The notes beneath the pieces were generated by a model, which worked only from the letters and a program-made list of their open reading frames with translations, was not told the origin of the DNA and did no database searches. From contig JBBDTI010000065.1 in NCBI GenBank assembly GCA_040904565.1, positions 1 through 25,213 of the forward strand: 25,213 nucleotides of DNA, written 5' to 3'. The stretch is from Rhodothermales bacterium. GTDB taxonomy: Bacteria; Bacteroidota; Rhodothermia; Rhodothermales; VXPQ01. Made by a program: the position numbers and the translations under genes. Within the stretch, counting starts at the first letter, position 1. Each line of letters starts with the position of its first letter. Of this stretch, positions 16,274 to 25,213 are shown piece by piece.

Positions 16274-18343
16274 CTAATTTCTCGGTGACGACACTTCCGT
16301 CGTTCCGGCCGCCGAATTGTTGCTTCGATCGACGTCCGGCAGCATCCCGTTGGGGTCGATCGTCACGCGCGAGACGTCGGTCCCTTCCACGGTCTGCGTA
16401 AAAGCGTCGGCATGCATGAAGGCCTCGACGGGGATCCGCCGCCGCTCGGCCGATCCGTCGTCGTATTCCACCAGCAGCTCGATGGGCATGAGGAGGCCGT
16501 CGCCGTGTTCGACGGTGACGAGCGTGGTGCCGTCTCGCTCCTCAATGTTGGTGATGCGCTGGTCGAGGGTGCCGGTGCCGAAGATCCACCCGTTCCAGAA
16601 CCAGCCGAGCTCCTCACCGGCGGCGTCTTCGATCGTCCGGAAGAAATCGGACGGCAGCGGATGCCTGTAGGCCCATCGCTCCGTGTAAGCCCTGAAGGCG
16701 GCGTCGAAGCGTTCCGGGCCGAGCACGTACTCCCGCAGCAAATAGAGGCCCATACCGGGCTTCCGGTAGGCCAGAAAACCGAGTCCGTCGCGAGGGATGA
16801 GGTCTGGGGCGGTGTAAATGGGCTGGTCGTCGACCTGCTGCATCCCCGCGGCGATGTAGTTCGCCGACAGCCGACTCGCGGCCTCTTCGCCATAGAAGGC
16901 CTCCGTCGCGTAGTGATTGATGAAGGTGGTAAACCCTTCGTCCATCCACGCGTGCCGCCGCTCGTTGCTGCCTACGATCATGGGATACCATTCGTGGGCG
17001 ATCTCGTGCGTGGTGACGCCGAAAAGGGCCTCGTCGCGCGCGCGAACCGAGCAGAAGACGATCATCGGGTATTCCATCCCTCCGACGATGCCCGCGACGT
17101 TGATCGCGACGGGGTAGGGATACGGATACCACCGCTCCGAGTAGTGGGCGACGGAGTGGCGGACGTATTCGGTCGACTCCTCCCATCCGGGGTTGTCGGG
17201 TGTGCCGAGTCCTTCTTTGGGATAGAAGGACATATTGAGGACGTCCTCCCAGCCGGCCGCGTCCCATATGAAGGCCTGCGACGCCGCCCAGGCCACGTCG
17301 CGCACGTTCTCGGCGCGGAACCGCCACGTGAGCGGGCCCGTGCCGTTCGGGCGGGTGGACGCCCGCCCGACCTCGTCGACGTCGACGATCGTGACGGTCT
17401 CGTCACTCGAACGCGCGGCATCCAGCCGCGAGCGCTGCGTCGCGGTCAGGACGACGTCCGGATTCCGCAGCTCCCCGGTGGCTGCCACGATGAAGTCCCG
17501 TGGCACCGTGATCTCCAGGTCGAAGTCGCCGTACTCCAGATAGAACTCGCCCTGGCCCAGATAGGGCATCACGTTCCATCCCTGCACGTCGTCGTAGACG
17601 AACATGCGTGGATACCACTGCGCCAGCTGATACACGGTGCCCTGTTCGACGTCCAGCCATCCCATCCGATCGGCACCGTATTCGGGAATCGTGAAGGAGA
17701 AATCGAGGCGCACCTCGACCGACGATCCGCCCGGACGAAGCGGCTCGGCAAGCGTGATGCGCATCCGCGTGTCGTCGATGAGGTAGCTCGCTTCGCGCCC
17801 CTCGATGCGCACGTCGCTTACGTCGATGCCTCCTCCATCGAACGCACCGCGCCATCTGGAATCCGGCGGCTGGATGTCCGAGCCGCGGCTGCCCGGCCGG
17901 AAGAGGTTCTGGTCGAGTTGCAGCCAGAGGTAGTCGAGCGCATCCGGACTGTTATTGGTGTAGTGGATGGTCTCCGAGCCGCTGACGCGGCGGGACTGGG
18001 CGTCCAGCGACACCTCGATCTCGTAGTCGACCTCCTGCTGCCAGTACCGTTCGCCGGGGCTGCCTGAACCGGACCGGTAGGCGTCGGCGTCCGGCAGCTC
18101 GGGCGTCACGAACAGGGCCCGGTTGGGGCCGGTAACGTCCTGCGCCGATGCCGGCGATGCGAAGTAGAGCGCGAGACAAAGTATCGCGATGAGGGAGGCA
18201 GCGAGGCGCCGTCTGGACGGAAGGTGGTCGTCTCCGCCGGTCGTCAATTTCTGTGCGATCGAACGTTGCGTCGTCTCTCTCTCGGTCATTGATTTCTCTG
18301 ACCATGATCTCTCCGACATGGATCTCTCTGTTGTTGGCCTCAT
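16274..18343 (-). CDS. Secreted M1-family zinc metallopeptidase (aminopeptidase N-like)
   Basis: [21 protein letters not shown] exopeptidase motif, HEIAH...WMDEG zinc motif, AYRKPG. Signal peptide ends ASAQ. Start uncertain (18343, 18319 or 18289). Confidence 0.95.
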   Translation of the reverse strand: MRPTTERSMSERSWSEKSMTERETTQRSIAQKLTTGGDDHLPSRRRLAASLIAILCLALYFASPASAQDVTGPNRALFVTPELPDADAYRSGSGSPGERYWQQEVDYEIEVSLDAQSRRVSGSETIHYTNNSPDALDYLWLQLDQNLFRPGSRGSDIQPPDSRWRGAFDGGGIDVSDVRIEGREASYLIDDTRMRITLAEPLRPGGSSVEVRLDFSFTIPEYGADRMGWLDVEQGTVYQLAQWYPRMFVYDDVQGWNVMPYLGQGEFYLEYGDFDLEITVPRDFIVAATGELRNPDVVLTATQRSRLDAARSSDETVTIVDVDEVGRASTRPNGTGPLTWRFRAENVRDVAWAASQAFIWDAAGWEDVLNMSFYPKEGLGTPDNPGWEESTEYVRHSVAHYSERWYPYPYPVAINVAGIVGGMEYPMIVFCSVRARDEALFGVTTHEIAHEWYPMIVGSNERRHAWMDEGFTTFINHYATEAFYGEEAASRLSANYIAAGMQQVDDQPIYTAPDLIPRDGLGFLAYRKPGMGLYLLREYVLGPERFDAAFRAYTERWAYRHPLPSDFFRTIEDAAGEELGWFWNGWIFGTGTLDQRITNIEERDGTTLVTVEHGDGLLMPIELLVEYDDGSAERRRIPVEAFMHADAFTQTVEGTDVSRVTIDPNGMLPDVDRSNNSAAGTTEVSSPRN
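18272..18331 (-). repeat. Degenerate 15-nt tandem repeat x4 at the 5' end of the M1 peptidase gene
   Basis: ACAGAGAGATCCATG / TCGGAGAGATCATGG / TCAGAGAAATCAATG / ACCGAGAGAGAGACG, encoding [20 protein letters not shown]. Confidence 0.7.
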
Positions 18344-18647
18344 AGCAAGCGGGACCCTCGGGCGCGTGATCGTGATACGGGTTAGATGCACGGTAGGGTG
18401 TGCAGGCGTGGATGCACGGTACGCTGCACGGCCCGGTGCCGTACGGATCTTACAGGAAGGGGGTCGCCTATAAGCCAGGTGGAAACTAGGGTAACGGAGT
18501 GATTTAATCCAAGTGATGATTAAATGCGCGACCGGGGATTCAATCCAAATTAGCCGCCGTCGCCGGCGTCCGGTTCGAATTCTCCACTGCCGTTAGCTAT
18601 TTTCCAACCCGTCCAGTCCGTCTATCTTTCGACCATCCGTATCGCAC

Positions 18648-20966
18648 ATGCGTCAGTTCGAGCTTTCGCTGCACCCGCCGCCTTCATCGAGTGACGCCGA
18701 TTCACAAGTGACGCCGGCTGAGGAGATTCTCGAGGGACTCAACGCCTCGCAGCAGGACGCCGTACGGGTGACGGACGGTCCCGTGTTGATCATCGCGGGG
18801 CCGGGATCCGGAAAGACGCGTACGCTGACGCACCGCATCGCCTATCTCATCGCCACGGCCCGGGCGCGGCCGCGCGACATCCTCGCGCTGACGTTTACCA
18901 ACAAAGCCGCCCGCGAGATGAAGGATCGCATCCGCGCACTCGTCGGCGAGGAGTCGCGGAGCCTGTGGATGGGGACGTTCCATTCCACGTTCGCCCGGCT
19001 CATGCGATACGAAGGTGAGAAGATCGGGTATTCGTCGGATTTCAGTATCTACGACACGGACGATTCCGAGCGCATCCTGCGCCAGCTGATGGACCGGTAT
19101 TCCATCGACACGAAGCAGTACAATCCGCGATCGATCCGCCATATGCTCTCCTCCGCGAAGAACCGGATGGTGTCGCCGTCGGAGTACGAACGCAAGGCGG
19201 CGTCGGCCATGCAGGACGTCGCGGCACAGCTCTTCGGTCCTTACGAGGAGATGCTCCGGGCCTCCAACGCGCTCGACTTCGACGACCTGCTCATCAAGCC
19301 GATTCGCTTGTTCGAGCAGCACCCGGAGGTGTTGGAGAAGTACCAGAATCGGTGGAAGTTCGTCCACATCGACGAGTATCAGGACACGAATCGGGCGCAG
19401 TACGTGCTGGCCAACCTGCTCTCGAAGCGGCACCAGAATCTGTGCGTGGTCGGCGACGACGCGCAGAGCATCTATGCCTTTCGGGGAGCCGACATCGGCA
19501 ACATCCTCTCGTTTCAGCGCGACTATGCGGATGCCGAGACGGTACGACTCGAGCAGAATTATCGGTCCACCCAGCGCATCCTGCGTCTGGCCGACTCCAT
19601 CATCAAGCACAACAAGGACCAGCTCGAGAAGACACTGTGGACGGAGAACCCGGAAGGGGAGTACGTCACCCTCATGGAGGCGCTCTCCGAGAAGGACGAA
19701 GCCCAGAAAATCGAGCGCACGATCCGCGACCTGACCGTGCGCGTCGGCTACGGCTACGAACACTTCGCCGTGCTGTATCGGACGAACGCCCAGAGCCGCT
19801 CGATCGAGGACGCCCTCCGCCGCGGCGGCATCCCGTACCGGGTGATCGGCGGGATGTCCTTCTATCAGCGCAAGGAGATCAAGGACGTGCTCGCGTACCT
19901 CCGCCTGATTGTGAATCCGTCCGACACGGCCAGCCTCCGGCGCATCATAAATTATCCCACGCGCGGTATCGGCGATAAGACGCTCGAGCGCATTATCGAT
20001 TTCTCGCGCGAGCGACGCGTGACCGCGTGGGAGGCTGTCGAGCGTTTTGAAGAGATCGGTCTCGGCACGCGCGCCGATAAAGCCGTCGGTGCGTTCAGAG
20101 ACATGATGAAGCAGTACATCGAAGCAGCCGAGAGCGATACGCCGGGCGAGGACATCGCACGGGAGCTCGTAAAGGAGACCGGCATGATCGACGAGCTGCG
20201 GAAGGAGCAGACGACGGAAAACCTCATGCGCTGGGAGAACGTCCAGGAGCTGCTCAGTGCGATCGCGGAATACACGGCCGGAGATCCCGGCAACCGCAAT
20301 CTGAGCACCTTTCTGCAGGAGGTGTCGCTCATGACGGACCTCGACGAGACGGACCTGGACGAGGCGCGCGTCACGCTGATGACGCTGCATGCCTCGAAGG
20401 GACTCGAATTCCCCGTCGTCTTTATCGGCGGTCTCGAGGAGGGTCTCTTTCCGCTGGCGCGTGCCTCCGAAAGCATTACGGAGCTGGAAGAAGAACGCCG
20501 CCTCTTCTACGTCGGGGCCACTCGCGCGGAAGAGCGTCTGTACCTTCTCCACGCTCGAAGTCGCTTCCGCTACGGCCAGCATGAGTCGAGTGTCCGCTCC
20601 CGTTTTCTCGACGAGGTGGACGTGGATGTCGTGCGCACGGAATCGGGCGACCGCTTCGAGCAGAAGACGAACCGCTTCGCCGCCGGTCCCGCGGCCGACG
20701 AGGGGGGCTACGACGCCATGGACCCCCATTACTACCGGCGGAATCTGTCGAAGAAGCGTCCGAAAGGCGAACGCACCGTCGTCTACGACGAGGGCGAGGG
20801 AGAGATCGCGCCGGGGCTCACGGTCGAACACCCGCAGTTCGGCGAAGGGCGCGTGATGAGCACGGAGGGACGGGGCGATCAGGCCAAGGCCGTCGTTCGC
20901 TTCGAGGCCGTCGGAGAGAAAAAGTTGATGCTGAAGTACGCCCGGCTGCGCATCGTCGAAAGTTGA
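18648..20966 (+). CDS. pcrA: ATP-dependent DNA helicase PcrA/UvrD
   Basis: Motifs AGPGSGKT, TFTNKAA, DEYQDTN, VGDDAQSIYAFRGA, LEQNYRST, TLHASKGLEF and EEERRLFYVGATRA. C-terminal Tudor-like domain (VEHPQFGEG). Confidence 0.97.
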   Translation: MRQFELSLHPPPSSSDADSQVTPAEEILEGLNASQQDAVRVTDGPVLIIAGPGSGKTRTLTHRIAYLIATARARPRDILALTFTNKAAREMKDRIRALVGEESRSLWMGTFHSTFARLMRYEGEKIGYSSDFSIYDTDDSERILRQLMDRYSIDTKQYNPRSIRHMLSSAKNRMVSPSEYERKAASAMQDVAAQLFGPYEEMLRASNALDFDDLLIKPIRLFEQHPEVLEKYQNRWKFVHIDEYQDTNRAQYVLANLLSKRHQNLCVVGDDAQSIYAFRGADIGNILSFQRDYADAETVRLEQNYRSTQRILRLADSIIKHNKDQLEKTLWTENPEGEYVTLMEALSEKDEAQKIERTIRDLTVRVGYGYEHFAVLYRTNAQSRSIEDALRRGGIPYRVIGGMSFYQRKEIKDVLAYLRLIVNPSDTASLRRIINYPTRGIGDKTLERIIDFSRERRVTAWEAVERFEEIGLGTRADKAVGAFRDMMKQYIEAAESDTPGEDIARELVKETGMIDELRKEQTTENLMRWENVQELLSAIAEYTAGDPGNRNLSTFLQEVSLMTDLDETDLDEARVTLMTLHASKGLEFPVVFIGGLEEGLFPLARASESITELEEERRLFYVGATRAEERLYLLHARSRFRYGQHESSVRSRFLDEVDVDVVRTESGDRFEQKTNRFAAGPAADEGGYDAMDPHYYRRNLSKKRPKGERTVVYDEGEGEIAPGLTVEHPQFGEGRVMSTEGRGDQAKAVVRFEAVGEKKLMLKYARLRIVES

Positions 20967-21139
20967 TCGCGGACCGCTTCAGGCCCGTGCGCGGCGCCGC
21001 ACGGTCGGTCGCAGCGCCCAGCGTTCGCCGGCCACCGCACGTGGAACTGCAGGTGGACAACTGTTATTGCCCGTGGATATCTCCAGCTGCGTCACCGCGA
21101 ACGTCTTTATAATTCGAATTAACATGCCGTAACCCCGTT

Positions 21140-22171
21140 ATGCGGATCACCAGCTGCCTGCTACTTTTCCTGCTTCTTTCCGGCTGTGCGTCGGATGACC
21201 GGATGCAGGTCGTCGTCTATTCCCCGCACGGCAAGGAGATGCTGGGTGCGTATGAGGAACGCTTCGAGGCGGAGCATCCGGACGTGAACGTTCAGTGGAT
21301 CGACATGGGCGGACAGGACGCCTACGATCGTATCCGCACCGAACGCCGGAATCCGCAGGCCGGCATCTGGTGGGGCGGAGCCAGCATGGCCTTCGAGCGT
21401 GCCGCCCGCGAGGAACTTCTGGAGCCGTACGTGCCGTCGTGGGCGGACGCCGCCCCTGCTACCGCCCGCGGCACCGGCGATGCGTGGTATGGAACGTACT
21501 TCACGCCCGAGGTGATCACCTACAACTCGCGCACGCTCGAAGGGGAGACGCCGCCGGCGGACTGGGACGATCTGCTGGATGAAGCGTGGCGCGGACGTAT
21601 TCTCATTCGCTATCCGCTTGCCTCCAGCACGATGCGTACCATCTACGGGGCGATGATCATGCGGCAGCCGACCGTGGAGGACGGCTATGCGTGGCTGGCA
21701 CGGCTCGATCGCAACGTGGCGACCTACACGGCCGATCCCACCCAGCTCTATCTGAAGCTCGCGCGGGAGGAGGGGGACGTCACCCTCTGGAACATGCCCG
21801 ACACGTACATCCAGTCACGGATCAACGGCTATCCGTTCGACTATCTCGTACCCTCGTCCGGTACGCCGGTGCTGACGGACGGCATCGCGCTCGTGGCAGG
21901 AGGGCCCAATCAGGAGGCCGCGCGGGCGTTCTATGAGTTCGTCACGACGCGGGAGGCGCTCGTTCACCAGGCGCACGAGTACTACCGCATCCCCGTACGC
22001 ACCGACATTCCCGACAGCGAGCTGCCCGAATGGATTACCCGGGTGGATGTCACGCCGATGGAGATGGATTGGGAACGCCTCGCCGACGAAGGGGCCGACT
22101 GGATGCAGCACTGGGATGAGCAGATCAAGGGGCGTGGGGAAGCCTACCTGGAGGACAGGGGGCTCGACTAG
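21140..22171 (+). CDS. ABC transporter extracellular solute-binding lipoprotein (family 1, AfuA/FbpA-like)
   Basis: Lipobox LLSGC, VVVYSPH, FEAEHPDVNVQW, RIRTERRNPQAGIWWGG, PADWDDLLD and EAARAFYEF. Confidence 0.9.
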   Translation: MRITSCLLLFLLLSGCASDDRMQVVVYSPHGKEMLGAYEERFEAEHPDVNVQWIDMGGQDAYDRIRTERRNPQAGIWWGGASMAFERAAREELLEPYVPSWADAAPATARGTGDAWYGTYFTPEVITYNSRTLEGETPPADWDDLLDEAWRGRILIRYPLASSTMRTIYGAMIMRQPTVEDGYAWLARLDRNVATYTADPTQLYLKLAREEGDVTLWNMPDTYIQSRINGYPFDYLVPSSGTPVLTDGIALVAGGPNQEAARAFYEFVTTREALVHQAHEYYRIPVRTDIPDSELPEWITRVDVTPMEMDWERLADEGADWMQHWDEQIKGRGEAYLEDRGLD

Positions 22172-22836
22172 CCCCCCAGCTGGGCCTCCAGCTCGTCGTA
22201 AGTGTCGAAGATGAGATGGGCCCCCGCCTCGATCAGCTCATTCGCGGAGAACGACGTCGTAATCCCCGCCACGCGGCATCCCGCACGCTGCGCCGAACGG
22301 ACGCCGTGCAGCGAGTCTTCCAGCACGAGGCAAACGGACGGATCGAGGCCCATGCGCTCGGCTGTGGTCTGATAGGGCTGCGGATGGGGCTTCGGATGCT
22401 CGATATCCTCCGCCGTGACGACGACCTCGAAGTAGGGACCGAGATCGAATTTATCGAACGCGAACTGCTGGTTCGATCGAGCTGACGACGTCGTCAGCGC
22501 CATCCGATACCTTGCGCGGGATCGGCGGATCAAGTCGAGCACGCCGGGCACGAGCTCGAGATCGCCGAGCAGGCGTCGAAACGTGGTTTCCTTGGCTTCC
22601 ACAAGAGTCGCGACGTCGTGGCGACCGCTCCCGAATTCGGATACGATCCGCTCGAACACCTTTACCTCCGTCATCCCTTTGAAGCTCGAGAACTCGGATT
22701 CCGGTACGGGGAGATCGTGCTCGCGGAAGATGATGCGCTGGGCCTCTTCGTGGATGGGCTCGGAGTCGATGACGACGCCGTCCATATCGAACAGCAGGGC
22801 CTGTATCTGGGGCATGAAACGGGAGTGGGTGTGCAT
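22168..22836 (-). CDS. HAD-superfamily phosphatase (beta-PGM/CbbY-like, subfamily IA)
   Basis: Motif I FDMDGVVIDSE, motif II TTSS, KPHPQPY, and LEDSLHGVRSA. Start is 22836 or 22815. The stop codon overlaps that of the convergent solute-binding gene (CTAG). Confidence 0.93.
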   Translation of the reverse strand: MHTHSRFMPQIQALLFDMDGVVIDSEPIHEEAQRIIFREHDLPVPESEFSSFKGMTEVKVFERIVSEFGSGRHDVATLVEAKETTFRRLLGDLELVPGVLDLIRRSRARYRMALTTSSARSNQQFAFDKFDLGPYFEVVVTAEDIEHPKPHPQPYQTTAERMGLDPSVCLVLEDSLHGVRSAQRAGCRVAGITTSFSANELIEAGAHLIFDTYDELEAQLGG

Positions 22837-22899
22837 GGAACCGTCACGACGTCGAAACGAGCGGGACGTCAGTAGGATCCGTCGCAATCCGCCCGCGGC

Positions 22900-23172
22900 C
22901 TATGACCTGCCGAAGAAATAGTAGAGTATGCACCCCAGTACCGGAAAGAAGATGATGATGCAGGCCCAGATGACTTTGTCGCCGGTGGACTTCGGGCCGC
23001 CGGCGAGTTCGATCAGCGCGATCACGTCCAGTATGACGATGAGGCCCCCGCAGCATCCGGCGGACCAGAAGTTGTTGGCGCGGTCGAACAGGTTCGGTCC
23101 GCATCCCGAGAGCAGAACGGCAAAAAGGGTGAAGAGGGACGCAGGGAGCAGGCCGTGTTGGCGGACGTTCAT
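22900..23172 (-). CDS. Small membrane protein with PLDc_N (phospholipase D nuclease N-terminal) domain and lipoprotein-like signal
   Basis: ILDVIALIEL...KSTGDKVIWACIIIFFPVLGCILYYFFGR matches the PLDc_N pattern K..W...I...P.LG...Y...GR. N-terminal LLSGC. Confidence 0.85.
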   Translation of the reverse strand: MNVRQHGLLPASLFTLFAVLLSGCGPNLFDRANNFWSAGCCGGLIVILDVIALIELAGGPKSTGDKVIWACIIIFFPVLGCILYYFFGRS

Positions 23173-23417
23173 GGGCTGGCAGCGTTTGGTCGAATGAATG
23201 GTGACGGCCGATTCCAACGGGGTTCGCAGCGGTAGTTATTGACGGAGCTACCCGTACGTAGATACAGTGCCGACGGCTGCCGTGCAGTACGGACGTTGGC
23301 GCGACGAGGTTACGCCGGCCGTAGAACTCTGCACGTGGAACCGGGCGATCCGGCAACCTGTTAAGTCGGCCGAACGCGTTTCCACGGATGGAACTCCTTC
23401 GAGTCTCTTCCTTCACG

Positions 23418-24467
23418 ATGAATATCGGCCCCTTACATTTCGGCGACTATCCGCTGTTTCTCGCGCCCATGGAGGACGTGAGCGACCCGCCGTTCCGCAT
23501 TCTGTGCAAGCGGTTCGGGGCGGACATGTTGTACACGGAGTTCATCTCGAGCGGGGGGCTCGTCTATGACGCCGACGATTCGCACCGGAAGCTGGACATC
23601 TACGAGGAAGAACGTCCCGTCGGCATCCAGATCTTTGGCGGGGACATCGAGCAGGTCCGCCAGGCGGTCCCGATCGTCGATCGCGCCAACCCGGATCTCA
23701 TCGACATCAATTTCGGGTGTCCCGTGCGGAAGGTCGTCTGCAAGGACGGCGGTGCGGGCATCCTCCGCAATCTTCCCAAAATGGAGAAGATCACCGCGGC
23801 CGTGATCGAGCAGGCATCGCGGCCCGTTACGGTCAAGACCCGCCTGGGGTGGAACGACCGGTCCATCAAGATTCTCGAAGCGGCGCGCATGCTGGAAGAC
23901 CTCGGCGTTCGGGCCCTCGCGGTCCACGCCCGGACGCGCAGCCAGATGTACAACGGGAAGGCCCGATGGGAATGGCTCCGACGGATCAAGGAGGAGGGTG
24001 TTCGCGACATCCCGCTGATCGGCAACGGCGACGCGACGGATCCGGAAAAGATCAAGGCGATGTTCGACGAGACGGGCGTCGACGCCGTCATGATCGGCCG
24101 CGGGGCCATCGGCAACCCGTGGATCTTCCGGGAGGCGAAGGCCTACCTCGAGACGGGCGAGCAGATGGATCCCCCCTCGTGGGAGGAGCGGCTTTCCGTC
24201 GTCGCCGAGCATCTCAGCCTGAAGTGCGAGTGGCTGGGTGAGCGCAAGGGCGTGCTGGAGATGCGTCGACAGTATGGCGGGTACTTCAAGGGCTTTCGGA
24301 ATGCGAGCAACCTGCGCGCCGCCCTTATGGAAGAGGAGACGAAAGCGGGCGTGCTCGACGTCCTCCTCAATTTCAAAGAGGACGAGCCGGACATCCGCCT
24401 GCCGGCCACGACGCTGAAGTCGAGAAAAAAGGTCAAGGCCGTCAAGCCGGCCGCCCTTCCGGCCTGA
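23418..24467 (+). CDS. dusB: tRNA-dihydrouridine synthase DusB
   Basis: Motifs LAPMEDVSD, YTEFIS, IQIFGG, DINFGCP, PVTVKTRLGW, VHARTR, IGNGD and VMIGRGAIGNPWIF. Confidence 0.96.
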   Translation: MNIGPLHFGDYPLFLAPMEDVSDPPFRILCKRFGADMLYTEFISSGGLVYDADDSHRKLDIYEEERPVGIQIFGGDIEQVRQAVPIVDRANPDLIDINFGCPVRKVVCKDGGAGILRNLPKMEKITAAVIEQASRPVTVKTRLGWNDRSIKILEAARMLEDLGVRALAVHARTRSQMYNGKARWEWLRRIKEEGVRDIPLIGNGDATDPEKIKAMFDETGVDAVMIGRGAIGNPWIFREAKAYLETGEQMDPPSWEERLSVVAEHLSLKCEWLGERKGVLEMRRQYGGYFKGFRNASNLRAALMEEETKAGVLDVLLNFKEDEPDIRLPATTLKSRKKVKAVKPAALPA

Positions 24468-24502
24468 GCGGACGGGCAGAGGGCCTTTCGCTCGAATGCG
24501 CT

Positions 24503-25213
24503 CTACTCCTCCGGGAATTCCGCAGCGGATCGCCGGCTCAGCAGCAGTTCGTCTACCGCGTAGAGGGTCCCGCCTACGACGGCGAAGACGCCCAGTGCGA
24601 GAAACGGCCGCCAGATGACGAGTCCGCCAATCGCCCCGAGCACCGCTCCGAGATACTTGATGTAGTTGAGCTGTTCGTTGGACGTATGCTTGATGAGCGC
24701 TTCCAGCTTTCGCTCGTCGTACGCCTCCATGTTGCTTATGATCATGTCGTAGACGTCGAGCTGCTCGACGAAACCGAGGACGGCGCGCGTCACCCACGAC
24801 TCGATCTCGTCGGAACGCGCCTCGATCTTTTCGGGGATTCGGTCGAGCACGTGATCGACTTCGTCGAGCGCGGTGTCGAGCGACGACGGCAGTTCGCGCA
24901 CGGCCTCTTCGAGGCGCCGCTGGAAATCCTCTTCGTTCCAGAACCGGTAGGCGCGCAGCGCGATGCCCGTCCACCCCGTGCCGGCGAGCGACTGGATCTT
25001 CTCCTCCATGAACTCCACGATGCGGTCGCGCACGGCCCGGGAGGATAAAATGTTATCCAGGTAATCGGCCGTAAGGGCCTTGAGATCGCGGCGAAATTCA
25101 GGATCCTCGATCACACCCCGGGTGACGGTCAGCGTCACGTCGCGGTACTTCCCGATGATGCCGGAGGACTCGATCTTGGCCTTGATGATCTCTTCATTGA
25201 TGAGTTCCTCGGA
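24503..25213 (-). CDS. DUF445-family membrane protein, partial (5' end beyond the window)
   Basis: The frame stays open to the window end (SEELINEEIIKAKI...). The C-terminal EQLNYIKYLGAVLGAIGGL is typical of DUF445/YheB proteins. Confidence 0.85.
   Translation of the reverse strand, partial: SEELINEEIIKAKIESSGIIGKYRDVTLTVTRGVIEDPEFRRDLKALTADYLDNILSSRAVRDRIVEFMEEKIQSLAGTGWTGIALRAYRFWNEEDFQRRLEEAVRELPSSLDTALDEVDHVLDRIPEKIEARSDEIESWVTRAVLGFVEQLDVYDMIISNMEAYDERKLEALIKHTSNEQLNYIKYLGAVLGAIGGLVIWRPFLALGVFAVVGGTLYAVDELLLSRRSAAEFPEE

Noticed and set aside
16412-18067. 551-aa ORF antisense to the M1 peptidase
   Set aside because: Shadow ORF of a GC3-rich gene.
18565-18592. GGTTCGAATTCTCCA resembling a tRNA T-loop or att fragment
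   Set aside because: The flanking bases do not form a T-stem or acceptor stem, and the match to the tmRNA 3' end is limited.
18702-20831. 709-aa ORF antisense to pcrA
   Set aside because: Codon-mirror shadow of a conserved gene, with no domain signature.
21034-21050. CACGTGGAAC as a possible parS site (also at 23332)
   Set aside because: Only the right half of TGTTNCACGTGAAACA matches; the left GTT arm is missing.
23433-24974. 513-aa minus-strand ORF overlapping dusB and the DUF445 gene
   Set aside because: Arg-rich alternative-frame and antisense product overlapping two real genes.

Overview
GC-rich bacterial chromosomal window made up mostly of housekeeping genes. It is most likely from Rhodothermota (Rhodothermales), inferred from the tmRNA tag ANDYSYAMAA, a Bacteroidota-style bS22 peptide and a Bacteroidota-like FabI. 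In order it holds: tmRNA (minus strand, 3' end at the window edge), a lipoprotein, a ~600-nt structured intergenic region, an alpha/beta hydrolase, a 31-aa bS22/AURKAIP1-COX24-type ribosomal peptide missed by the ORF track, YtxH, YaaA, CoaX, BirA, a TPR protein, a LolA-like lipoprotein, SuhB, a histidine kinase with a degenerate ATP-binding domain, FabI, an SH3 plus L,D-transpeptidase, a SAM methyltransferase, long and short NfeD genes, a ZIP transporter, an M1 peptidase, PcrA/UvrD, an orphan ABC solute-binding lipoprotein, a HAD phosphatase, a PLDc_N small membrane protein, DusB and a partial DUF445 gene. I saw no mobile element, CRISPR array or rRNA. The most interesting signal is an apparently unannotated ~130-nt minus-strand small RNA (about 1334 to 1206). 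It has four consecutive hairpins, two carrying anti-Shine-Dalgarno CCUCC motifs, and ends in a terminator. It lies directly behind a sigma54-like -24/-12 element, with a double IHF-consensus palindrome and a candidate enhancer palindrome further upstream. All family assignments come from motif recognition by eye, not from database searches.
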